From positions 11,160,001 through 11,224,000 of the forward strand of contig NC_135763.1 in assembly GCF_052425735.1 (NCBI RefSeq): a DNA stretch of 64,000 nt, given 5' to 3'. Numbering within the stretch: position 1 is the stretch's first letter; each line of letters begins with the position of its first letter. The notes beneath the pieces are model-generated. The model was not told the DNA's origin. It saw only the letters and a list, made by a program, of their open reading frames with translations, and did no database searches. The DNA is from Oculina patagonica. Its lineage: Eukaryota. Below, one piece after another: positions 1 through 10,259 of the stretch. Position numbers and translations under genes: made by a program.

Positions 1-212
1 GAGCACAAAATTATTCAAAACTTCGATATCGCTTTAATATTTTCTCAATTTTGCGTTTAAGTTAGACAACCTTAGAAGTTTTCAATGAGAATGAAATTCA
101 GGGATTGTGTAGTGTACTGATCAATTGCCACCCTGAAAAATTTTGGAGAAAAGTCATCGACGAGTTTTGAAATAATCGCTTTTATGCTTTGCGAAAGTAG
201 CCGTAAAAAATG

Positions 213-630
213 CCCGGGGGAGGTACTCAAAAAAGTTTTGTACGGGGAGGCTCCGCCCGGAGATCCAACCCCTAACCCTTTTATATACCATTTTGATAGA
301 AAAAGGTACCCCTTTTGTATACCTTTTATTGCAAAAAGGCACCCCTTTCATATACTTACACGACATCACATTTACCTAAAACGGGAAGTTTTCTTGTTAT
401 TTTTATGTAGCGCTTAATAAATTAAAACGATACAGCCAAAAGTTGCGTCTGCTCGAAATATATGATATAAAGGCCTTTTAAAATAACATTATGGCAGATT
501 TCCCTACCCTTTCATATACCTAAACTTGTGAAATCCCTACCCTTTTATATACATGGAGCCTGAAAAAGGTACCCCTTTCGGGCGAAGCCTCCCCGTATAG
601 GCCATTATAGGGAGTACCCCCCCCCCCGGG
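213..630. mobile_element. MITE with CCCGGGGG..GTACTC / GAGTAC..CCCCGGG termini
   Basis: Terminal inverted repeats plus a perfect 8-bp target-site duplication AAAAAATG (205-212 and 631-638). Confidence 0.85.
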
Positions 631-648
631 AAAAAATGATTCATATAT

Positions 649-1950
649 GAGGGTGTTAATGGGGGTACCCAATTGTCAGTTAACTACCAATTTTTAGGAC
701 AATTGTCAGTTAACTACTATTTTTTTCGCCAATTGTCAGTTAACTTCTAATTTTAGTTATTTATTAACTTTCCTTTTTTTAAAGCGAAAATTATTGCGTC
801 ATAACCCGAATTTCCTTTACTTCAGCGCGTCAGTGATAAAAAAAATTATAGGCATGCACGCTTCTCACGCACGTGTATTAGCTGTTTTCATGGTTTCGAT
901 GTCACAAGGACATCTTTGCGAGACCTACCCCTTTTGACCCTTTTGTATAATATTAGGGAAGGTTCTTTGAATATTTTCTTGAGCAATGGTTGTTGTTCTA
1001 TTAAATGCCAGTTTTTCACGAGTATTTGCTTTAAATTTGGACTGTGTTTGGTACTGCTGGTTGGTACTGCGTTATAAAAGGCACGATTTTTACGCTTGTT
1101 GTAAGTTTTGGTTGGAGGGCCTGCTTCCTGTTTTCAAAATCAACTTCCGCAAGGTTCTTTGGACTTGGCTTTCTGTGTAACCCTCTCTCGATTAGAAGTG
1201 ATTGGAAGTGCTTGATTTTTTCCTCAAATATTGTTTTAGAGGAATTTGTTCTTAGCAGTCTTAAGGCCTCCCCTAGCTTTGATAAAACCTTTCTTAACTT
1301 CTGGTGGGTGACGCGAGGAGTAATAAGTGTACTGACATGTTTCAGTGGGCTTGTTATGGTGCGTATTTCAAGCACTGATTCGTATAATGCGACCGCCATT
1401 TTAGTGCACATGGCAGTTTCGTCCATTGTAGGTAACAACTTTATGTCAAATGCACCGAGTCCAAACGTTTCCGCTTATCGTTTGATTTCCATGAAATCGA
1501 TCAAATGTTTTTAAGCTATGTCCATTGAATTGTACTTCGCCATGTCAGACGGTACGCGACCCCTGTGGCGTTCGAATGCCGATCCTTTGTCATCATCTCG
1601 ATAAAAACTCAGAATAACTTTGACCAGGCCCCACTCGACGCCATCACGGAGGTGAAGGTCAACGCTCCCTCGTGCCTGGTATGACCCTGGTACCTTTCCC
1701 GTATAATATCAGTTAATATGACACCTGGTCAGGCAGCGGGACAGGTAAATGTCACGAAATAGCTTTGCTGTTAGGAAAAAACTTTGTTGCTTTTGTTAAC
1801 AACAACAATCACATTCAGTATAATTAATAGAATGTCACTTAACTGTTAACTTTTCATTTATCAGTTAACTACTACTTTTTTGGCCAAATATCAGTTAACT
1901 ACTATTTTTTGGTCAATTGTCAGTTAACTGTTAACCCCATTAGCACCCTC
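649..1950. mobile_element. Non-autonomous DNA transposon with GAG termini (Sola-like, tentative)
   Basis: TIRs GAGGGTGTTAATGGGG / CCCCATTAGCACCCTC, flanking ATATAT on both sides, and subterminal AATTGTCAGTTAACTAC repeats near both ends. Confidence 0.75.
895..1385 (-). mobile_element. Degenerate Penelope-like retroelement fragment (RT thumb/linker region)
   Basis: Frameshifted translation KPTET.QYT..SS.HPP.VKKGFIK-GEALRLLRTNSSKTIFEEKI...KIVPFITQYQP...WHLIEQQPLLKKIFKEP, typical of PLE proteins C-terminal to the RT core. Confidence 0.75.
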
Positions 1951-2449
1951 ATATATTTCATATTTTTCGAAATCGCGCAAGTCGACCTACTTCTTACGGT
2001 TTGGATATCGGTTATGGGACATTTGTAAAAGGAATGAGGGCTAAAGCCTCTCAGTAAACATAAAAAAAGAAGCAAATTTCTTTCTATGAAATCTTATCTT
2101 TATTTTACGCTAACTTATACCATCTAATCGATCTAAAAAAAAATTCCAAGTTATTTTAAAATTCCTCTTGTAGATTTCGATGAAACTCCGCAGAGCTGAA
2201 GGCAAACACCCAAGGTATACGTAGCGTGGAGCATCCTGAGAGAAAATGCGGTTACGGGCTAAAATTCGATTCAGAGCAAAAACCTTTGTGACGTCATTGT
2301 CACGTGATATTCATTCCAATCTCCCAAAAATTTATATCATATTGCAGTTCAGTCTATGTGTAATCCATGTGATATAGTGGATATATCATTGACATTAATC
2401 CCTTTAAGTATGAGGGTTTCAAAGTTGATAGGTATCGCTAGAAAAAAAC

Positions 2450-2573
2450 TGGGTCGAGCCAAAACGTCCAACTTCATTTGAGTCGAACCTAATGCAAATG
2501 AGCAAAAACAATAGGTTTTGCTCATTTGCATTAGGTTCGACTCATGTGAAGTTCGACGTTTTTGCCCGGGCCT
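2450..2573. mobile_element. Short hairpin MITE
   Basis: Near-perfect palindrome with arms GAGTCGAACCTAATGCAAATGAGCAAAA / TTTTGCTCATTTGCATTAGGTTCGACTC. Confidence 0.7.
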
Positions 2574-2807
2574 AACAGTATCCAAACCGTGCATATTCCA
2601 AATATTAATAGAGGATAAATCCATTCGCAGTTCAACTTGGAAGCAACCCGGCCAGATCAAGACCAATTTTCCGTAATCTCAAGCCCACGCAGAGGCGTGG
2701 TTGGCTTATGGTTAGTGGGCTTTTCGCTGGACCAAGCTAACCGGCTTCGAGCCCTTTGGCCATACGGGATCATTACGTTGTATCCTACAGCAAGACACAA
2801 CTCAGTA

Positions 2808-2925
2808 CCCCTGGGGGGGGGGGGGGTACTTCCTATAATGGCCTCTACGGGGAGGCTCCGCCCGAAAGGGGTACCTTTTTCAGGCTCCAGGTATATAAAA
2901 GGGTAGGGATTTCACAAGTTCAGGT
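2808..2925. mobile_element. Truncated inverted copy of the 213-630 MITE end
   Basis: Reverse complement of ~520-630 (TACGGGGAGGCTCCGCCCGAAAGGGGTACCTTTTTCAGGCT). Confidence 0.7.
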
Positions 2926-3874
2926 ATGTACTCGGCTGTACACCCCTAGGAAAACTATGCACAAGCCAGTTTCAAGCAAATTAAATAGTGGGAGGTGACA
3001 AGGGAGGGGGGGGGGGGCAACCTCGTCCTCAGGGCATTCCTAGTCGTTTGGTGCTACTGATTCTGGAGGTCGGCCACTAGGCTCGAAAACATATTCGTCA
3101 CGCTTAGCGATCGCCTCGCAAGCTTTATTCATCTCGTGACTCGATCGTTTCTCTCTCTCTCGCGTTACGTCCCAAACTAACAACTCACTGGCAAGTTAGT
3201 CGTGATGATACTGCAATACACACAATAAATTACAAGACAACAGTACTTGATTCAATTCTTTTATTGATCAAAAAGAAATGTCGTTTTCTAAATTTATCAC
3301 ACTAAAGTAAAGAATGATCAACTCACAGCAGTGCAACGGCTCCATTCAATTCCTGCGACAACTCTCACTTGACAAGATATAGCCCAAATCATTCTCTCTC
3401 CATGAATGTGAAAAACAGTTGTTTTCACAACCGACGTCTCTCTCTTGTTTAGAAGAGGAAAGATCATATTCAGTGGTGTCCACAAAGTAGTCTCTAACCT
3501 TGCTATGGCAAGAGGCGATTCTCTTTTTAGGGGGGCGGGAGTTAGGGTAGGGGCACATGCGTACCCCGAGCTCAAGGCAGAAAAAGTATCGAGTGATCGG
3601 CCGCTATCGGATCTTTGTAGTTGTACTGCTACGTCGTCATACGCTCGCAGGTGAAAGAGCGCCAAAAACTGCATTAGTGAGAAATTTACTTACAGGAGAA
3701 AACACAATCATTCTCTGTAAATAGAAAACTACTTACCTTTTCACTGATTTTATAGCAAACAAACAAAATAGTAAAGTAATGAACTGCACTAGCAAAACGT
3801 GACAAGAAAAGAACGTGAGAGAAACTTAGAAAACACGAGCTTTGTCTGATGAGGGAAAGATTAATAAGAGAACA

Positions 3875-3909
<35 letters not shown>

Positions 3910-3928
3910 AATGATGATGATGATGATG
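3875..3928. repeat. (ATG)n microsatellite
   Basis: About 18 ATG units with one interruption. Confidence 0.95.
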
Positions 3929-4524
3929 AAAATGTTAAAACGGTAGTAGAAGCAATTATTCCCATTGCTGCAGAAAACACTTTCGATCCCAATCTGCAAA
4001 AAAAGAAGAAACAAGATTAAATGATTGAGATAAATGAAATGAAGACACCTCCAAAAATTGGCGCCCAACTAAAATCGTTTATTTCACATAAAAATTAGTG
4101 TTTTATTTTACGTTTATGCGAGCTTGGCCTGTCCGAAAGGCAACTTTTTAAAGTGATTTACCGCGTATAAAACCAACCTAGCAACGAAAGCAAAGCGCCG
4201 TATTACAAATGGTTTTTGGCCTATCCTCGCTGTGTAAACCGGTAAAACTCGCTACAGACGTAAAAAAAGCAAAAACAACAACAACAACAACCACAACCAC
4301 AAAAAGTCCAAGAAAACAAAACCCTTGAAACAATGTACAGCAGGAAACCAGAAGCTCGAAACCAAAGAGAAAAACCACAGGTTGTTGCACCGAAGCAAAA
4401 CCGGATTTCTCTTTCAATTCGTATCGCAAATGTTACACGTTGCGACTGTTTACACCACGACCGCCGTGACAAGTGAACGATTGGACCGTTGCCCGAATTT
4501 TTGAGTTCAGTTCGACTCTCAAAA

Positions 4525-4796
4525 GACTGGTTTTCACTAGCGACGCAAGCACAAGCATAGCAGTTCTTATTTACCGTGAAAATGGCCTCGACGAAAGCAT
4601 AAGCACAAGCGCAAGGGCAATTTTTTCCTTTTCTCGTGCTTGCGCTTGCGTTCGCGTTTATGCCGTTTGTAAACAAAACACCGCACAAGCACAAGGAAAT
4701 TTACGAAGTCTGGTCGTGTCTGCCCAGTTAAAACACTCGTTTCTGAACATCTTATGAACACTTACTACTTATGCTTGCGCTTATGTTTGCGTCGTC
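4525..4796. mobile_element. MITE remnant with AAGCA(C/T) subterminal repeats
   Basis: GACTGGTTTTCACTAGCGACGCAAGCAC ... TGCGTCG inverted ends; a related piece lies at ~32192-32480. Confidence 0.55.
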
Positions 4797-4931
4797 TGGG
4801 ATTATTTGGGACGAAAAACTAATGGCTTCAATTGACAAATTCTAACTGATATCATTGGTGAAAGCACGGGGCGAGGAAGTACACCACCGAGCAGAATACC
4901 AGTTGTACAGTTGAAAGCCGCAGGTCATCTC

Positions 4932-5434
4932 GGGGGGGGGGGGGGTGCACCCCCTGAACCCTCCCCCTGGATCCGCCCATGCTGATGTCACGATTCAAGT
5001 CTGAATACCTATACACGGTACTGTTTACTCCGCTGTGGAAGGCGTTTCTAACTTAAGTCTGTTGATGAAGCTCTAGCGTGGTCATTTGTATTCAAATGAC
5101 CACGGGGGGGGGTGCATCCCCTGAACCCCCCCCCCCTGGATCCGCCCATGCTGGTGTCACGATTCAAGTCTGAATACCTATACACGGTACTGTTTACTCC
5201 GCTGTGGAAGGCGTTTCTAACTTAAGTCTGTTGATGAAGCTCTAGCGTGGTCATTTGTATTCAAATGACCACGGGGGGGAGGGTGCATCCCCTGAACCCC
5301 CCCTGGATCCGCCCATGCTGGTGTCACGATTCAAGTCTGAATACCTATACACGGTACTGTTTACTCCGCTGTGCAAGGCGTTTCTAACTTAAGTCTGTTG
5401 ATGAAGCTCTGGCGTGGTCATTTGTATTCAAATG
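4932..5434. repeat. Tandem triplication of a ~170-bp unit
   Basis: Three near-identical copies starting at ~4932, 5104 and 5273. Confidence 0.9.
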
Positions 5435-5781
5435 AAAGCTATTAATTATACTGTACTTTCATGTGGTTCTGTTCCACTTCACAAGGTTTTCTCGCCCAAT
5501 TATTTGGAAGGCCATTCAAATAACATTTTTGGTTACAATCAACCACTCTCTGGTGTATCTTAACTTTCACCGGCGTTTCTGTCAGTAATTCGATAGAAAC
5601 TGGAAAAAAATGTTTCCTATTTCTTTTAGAAAACACTAAGAGGGAAAAAGGAAAATCGCTCATTTCTTTCGATCAAAAACATGTCAATTCCCATTGCTCA
5701 TACGATCTTCACGTCTACGGGTCGCCCTAGTTCTGGATTTTCTTACAGTCAGTACAGTGAAGACGAAGTATTCAACATGAT

Positions 5782-5904
5782 ACGAGCATGGGACAAAGAA
5801 AAAATTCTGAGTCCCCGACGGGAATCGAACCCATGGCCTCCCAGATACCGGTTGGGCGCTCTAACCAACTGAGCTACGAGAGACTCGTTGTGAGCTGGGC
5901 CATT
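5782..5904 (-). mobile_element. tRNA-derived repeat (same family as 7611-8160)
   Basis: Nearly identical to 7621-7741; A and B boxes on the minus strand. Confidence 0.8.
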
Positions 5905-5974
5905 TTTCAGTACAGTGTTTGATGATATAAATTATATTCATCACTTTCGGCGTCAATAAATACTATTACAGCTA

Positions 5975-6455
5975 CAGTAGAACCCCGATAACTCGAACTC
6001 TGAAGGGAAACGAAAAACAGTTCGAGTTAGCAGGGTTTCGAGTTATCGGGGTCGATTGAATATTTAATTTTTCAAGTTAAAAATTAATTATTTACTGATT
6101 TTCGGCACTTCAACATAAAGTACAGTGTAAATTAAACTTATCTCGTCAGAAACTCTTACACGATCATAAATTCTTATGATAAGAGTGGGAAATGGCTGTC
6201 AAATATGTGATCTTTTCGTTGCCCTAATCAATGGGCATCCGTGGCGAGCTGCAAGAACCGGAATTCGAGTTATCGGGGTAAATTTGACCCAAATTTGGAT
6301 CAAGGGAAATGAAATTTAGTTCGAGTTAGCGGGGTTTTCGAGTTAACCGAGTAAAAATGACTGTAAAGTGGGGTTAAATCCAAGGGAAATGGAGGATTCT
6401 TCGAGTTAGCGGGGTTGTTCGAGTTATCAGAGTTCGAGTTACCGGGGTTCTACTG
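5975..6455. mobile_element. Tc1/mariner-pogo-type MITE
   Basis: TA|CAGTAGAACCCCG ... CGGGGTTCTACTG|TA; internal TTCGAGTTA repeats. Confidence 0.85.
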
Positions 6456-6800
6456 TAGTTGCAGTGTTTAAAGGAATTTGAAACTATGTGAGAGTTTAAG
6501 GTATCTAATGTATACATATTGAAACAGTATGATATTTTAAAAAAGTTTGTTTTCTAATTCGTTTTCGTGATCTAAACTTCTCTCTCGGTAGTTCATGTGC
6601 ATAAAGTCATTCGTGAACAAAAAGCGCAGAAAGTTGTAGTTTTTCCGCGGTTGATATTCTTGCGTATAATGCCCTCTTATTGTTCAAATATGGGTCCAAT
6701 ATCCGTTTTTCACGAAACCTTATTCTCTTTCCTTTTAATTCATTTTCTTTTTTAACTGTTTTTTAATTCCTCACTTGCGTTTTACAGCCTGGATGTTTGT

Positions 6801-6975
6801 TTGCCTAGTTCCTGTACGACTTTTTCCCCAGGCCTTCACGGTATTACTGACATCACTACTCGTTTCGGTGACGTATCCGGGACGAACGGCCGGGGAAAGC
6901 CTCACTTTTTCGCTCGGACCACGTGACCCGAAACGAGTTGACCGCGACGAAAATAGAGGCCTAGGAACTAGACAA
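6801..6975. mobile_element. MITE with 9-bp TSD
   Basis: TIRs TTGCCTAGTTCCT / AGGAACTAGACAA; flanks GATGTTTGT and GATGTTAGT. Confidence 0.65.
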
Positions 6976-7610
6976 GATGTTAGTAATTTTTTTGTTTCTA
7001 CTCAGCTCGTTAAGTTTTCTTTATTTTTAGTGCCCGTGTTATTTTATTCACTGTTTTATTTATTGGTTGTTGTTATTGTTATTTTCTGGGGGTCAACTGC
7101 TATTGCCCCACGTTATGAAATTTGCTGTATCTGCCGATAAAACAAAGCATTAATTCATTCTCAGTACCACTGAGTTGATCACACACAGGTGCATTTTTCA
7201 GGCAATATTAGAAGTTTGACAAAAACTGTCGGTCAGACACAACGGAAAATTGGCTTCCATCCATGGTTCATACAGACTACCTTATTCCTACTAACTTTCG
7301 CTCGTACTTAATTTTGCGAAAATTCAAGAGCCGAATTTCGCGAGTATTAATTTTCGCGACTGCAAGAAAAATTTGAGAAAAAGTGTATTAAAATTCGCGA
7401 TTTTGTCAGTGTTTTGTGGATAAGTCGTCAAATACTAAAGAACTGCTGGAAATATACAAAAGTCTGGCCGAATGTAACTACAAGGAGCCTTCAAACGGGA
7501 GACTTTGGTGACTGTACTTAAGAGGTTTTGGCCGATTTACAAGCTCGAAACAGCAATCAAAGGAAGAGTGCTATTCAAAAACAAGACGGAAATCAAAAAG
7601 ATGAATTTTT

Positions 7611-8160
7611 CAACAATGACACGAGCATGGGACAAAGAAAAATTCTGAGTCCCCGACGGGAATCGAACCCATGGCCTCCCAGATACCGGTTGGGCGCTCT
7701 AACCAACTGAACTACGAGACTCGTGATGAGCTGGGCCATTTACTAGGTTGATATATGACACACGTCCTGCATACGGCTAGGATCAGCAATGTCGAAATCA
7801 TCAAGTGTGTTGTAAATAATAAAGATGAATTTTTTAACAATGACAAATAAACAATGTAAATAATAAAGATGGTAAATTTACCATCTTTATTATTTACAAC
7901 ACACTTGATGATTTCGACATTGCTGATCCTAGCAGTATGCAGGACGCGTGTCACATATCAACCTAGTAAATGGCCCAGCTCACCACGAGTCCCTCGTAGC
8001 TCAGTTGGTTAGAGCGCCCAACCGGTATCTGGGAGGCTATGGGTTCGATTCCCGTCGGGGACTCAGAATTTATCTTTGTCCCATGCTCGTGTCATTGTTG
8101 TAAAATTCCTCTTTATTATTTATCACCGAGCTTAAAATTTACCATCTTTATTATTTACAA
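7611..8160. repeat. Inverted pair of tRNA-containing repeats
   Basis: 7611-7827 is the reverse complement of 7882-8100; perfect 44-bp palindrome at 7855-7898. Confidence 0.9.
7989..8063 (+). pseudogene. Pseudo-tRNA, Thr(GGT)-like, inside a repeat
   Basis: D arm GCTC-AGTTGGTTA-GAGC, anticodon loop CCGGTAT, T arm GGG-TTCGATT-CCC. C at position 33, bulged acceptor stem and repeat flanks argue against a functional tRNA. Confidence 0.7.
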
Positions 8161-9474
8161 GACGGAAATATATTTTCAAAGGAAGATAGTTGCAGTTCCA
8201 AACATTTCATATGTTTGCTGTTTTGATTTATATGGTATTAATTTTCGCGTGTTCAAATTTCGCGCAATGTTTTTTTCGCGCAGATTAAATTTCGAGATTA
8301 TTTTGAAATCGCGAAAATTAGTGCTCGCGAAAATTAGTAAGATAAGGTATGTATAACAAGGACTTTTCAAGGGAAATATACCAATATTCAAGGAATTCGT
8401 TTCCTCATAATCAGAGAAATCCGATATCCACAAAAGCGACTTTCTGTGCCAGAAAATGTTTTGGTTTTTATTAAGTCCATTGCTACACCCGTCATCTTTC
8501 AACTGCAAAATATTGCGGGGTTTTTCCTCTCCTTAGCCGCAAGCAGTCAAGGACTTCTCAATTAAACACGAGGACTTTTCGTTAAAAATCAAGATTTTTT
8601 AGGTGAAAACCTTTTTTTTTAATTTGAGGACTTTTCAACACCTATATGAGCCATGTTAACAGAAAAGAATTTTTTAAAAAGAAAAACCTCTGTTAGGTCA
8701 TTGTGGCAAAATTTGGAGTGCACAGGGTGCTCCTTTAGGAATAACCAGTTTGTCAGCATTCTAACTTTCAAGTCTGCAGGTCAAACCAGGAGATGTGACC
8801 ACTGAAATGAAAGCTGTTACACTGTATCGTGCCTTATGATTTTTATTGTGCCATTTCTTTTCAATATTTATTATTTCGGTCTTTTTGTTTCAATTATAAG
8901 CTTGGTACTCTTGGGAGTTAAAGGGTGAACTACAGTTGTATACAGACATTTTCAAATGGGTGTGCCTTGTGAATGCAGGGGCGTTATAAATGTGTGCATA
9001 TGCAAGGGTGGAGTATGATGGGGGGTGTGAACCCAGAGCTTAAATGTGATGGGTGTGTGCACACATGGGTACAGGGGTGGGTGTGATGGGTTTGAGTACA
9101 CATTGGGAGGGGTGTAAAGGCTTTGTGGACATAAGGGGGGCGGGGTGGATGTGATGTTTATGTCCTTTCTGGAGTGTTGTTGTTGTTTTTTTTGACATTT
9201 GGCCAGCACTTTACTCTTGGTTTCAATAGCATTAGGCAGCTAGAACTAGAACAGCCTTCCTTTTTAACTCTGAATGTCCATTTTTCAACGTTCCATTCAG
9301 ATTTCCCATCACTGTAGATAATAAAATCTGACTAGTCGTGGTGCATTACTGAAGGAAAGAAGATGGAAAGAAGTAGAGGTCTACAGACACTGCTAGATTA
9401 GAACCACAAATATTACACCACTTACCGCATCATAACGCCACTCTGCTGAGCCTTAGAAGTAAAATGTTGAATCT

Positions 9475-9720
9475 TTTGATGTAATATTTTTTTTATGCAA
9501 TTTCATCATGACATTAAAATAATTCTTGATGTAATTTCATCATGAATTTCTTCAAATTTCTTGATGCAATTTCATCACAACTTTCTTCAAATTTCTCCCT
9601 GTAATTTCATCAGCACTTTCTTCAAATTTCTTGATGCAATTTCATCATGATTTTCTTGGTTCATCATGATATTCTTCTTTTGATTTCTTGAGGCAATTTC
9701 ACGATGATTTTATTCTTCAT
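9475..9720. repeat. ~35-bp degenerate tandem repeat
   Basis: Unit TTCTTGATG(T/C)AATTTCATCATGAATTTCTTCAAAT, about 6-7 copies. Confidence 0.8.
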
Positions 9721-10259
9721 TTTGGAGACAGCAAATGACAACATACAATTTTAAGCCAACATTGGTTGCTGGCCAATTTTTGTAAAAGCAATTTTATTTG
9801 ACTAATTAATTAAATGAATGTTATTTAACCAACTAAATTTGTCAAAGCTTTGCAATCCTTAAGGTTTTACCTTTTTCTAATCTAATTTGGAGTAAGGTGC
9901 TTGTTCTTAATTAAAACTTAAAAAGTAGAATTTGAAATTTGATGAAATAAGTTGAAAATACACTTTGGAGTGAACTACACAGGTATGGGAAATGCTACAC
10001 AATTTTGTTTTGGACTTTTTAACTCTTACGTTCTGACGGTATCAATTTTTAAAGTATTTTGAATGCATTTGCGATGCAGGATGTTTTACTAAAAACAGAA
10101 CAAAACGTGACATCAAATGATGTGCCGTTTTCTTTAAGTTTGACGCAGCTTCCAATCCAATCAAAGATAAAGAAATGATTGGGCTCCAAACAAAACAATT
10201 GGATCAATTCATCATAAATCTGGTTGGATAGGTTGAATGGCTGCCAATCTGATCAATCT

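Larger units (their letters stand above)
7280..8347. mobile_element. TA-flanked MITE hosting the inverted tRNA-repeat pair
   Basis: TA|CCTTATTCCTACTAA ... TTAGTAAGATAAGG|TA, with TTTTCGCG subterminal motifs. Confidence 0.7.

Noticed and set aside
3826-4068. Poly-Ile ORF
   Set aside because: Translation of the ATG microsatellite.
7989-8063. Functional tRNA-Thr gene
   Set aside because: C33, imperfect stems and three copies with shared repeat flanks.
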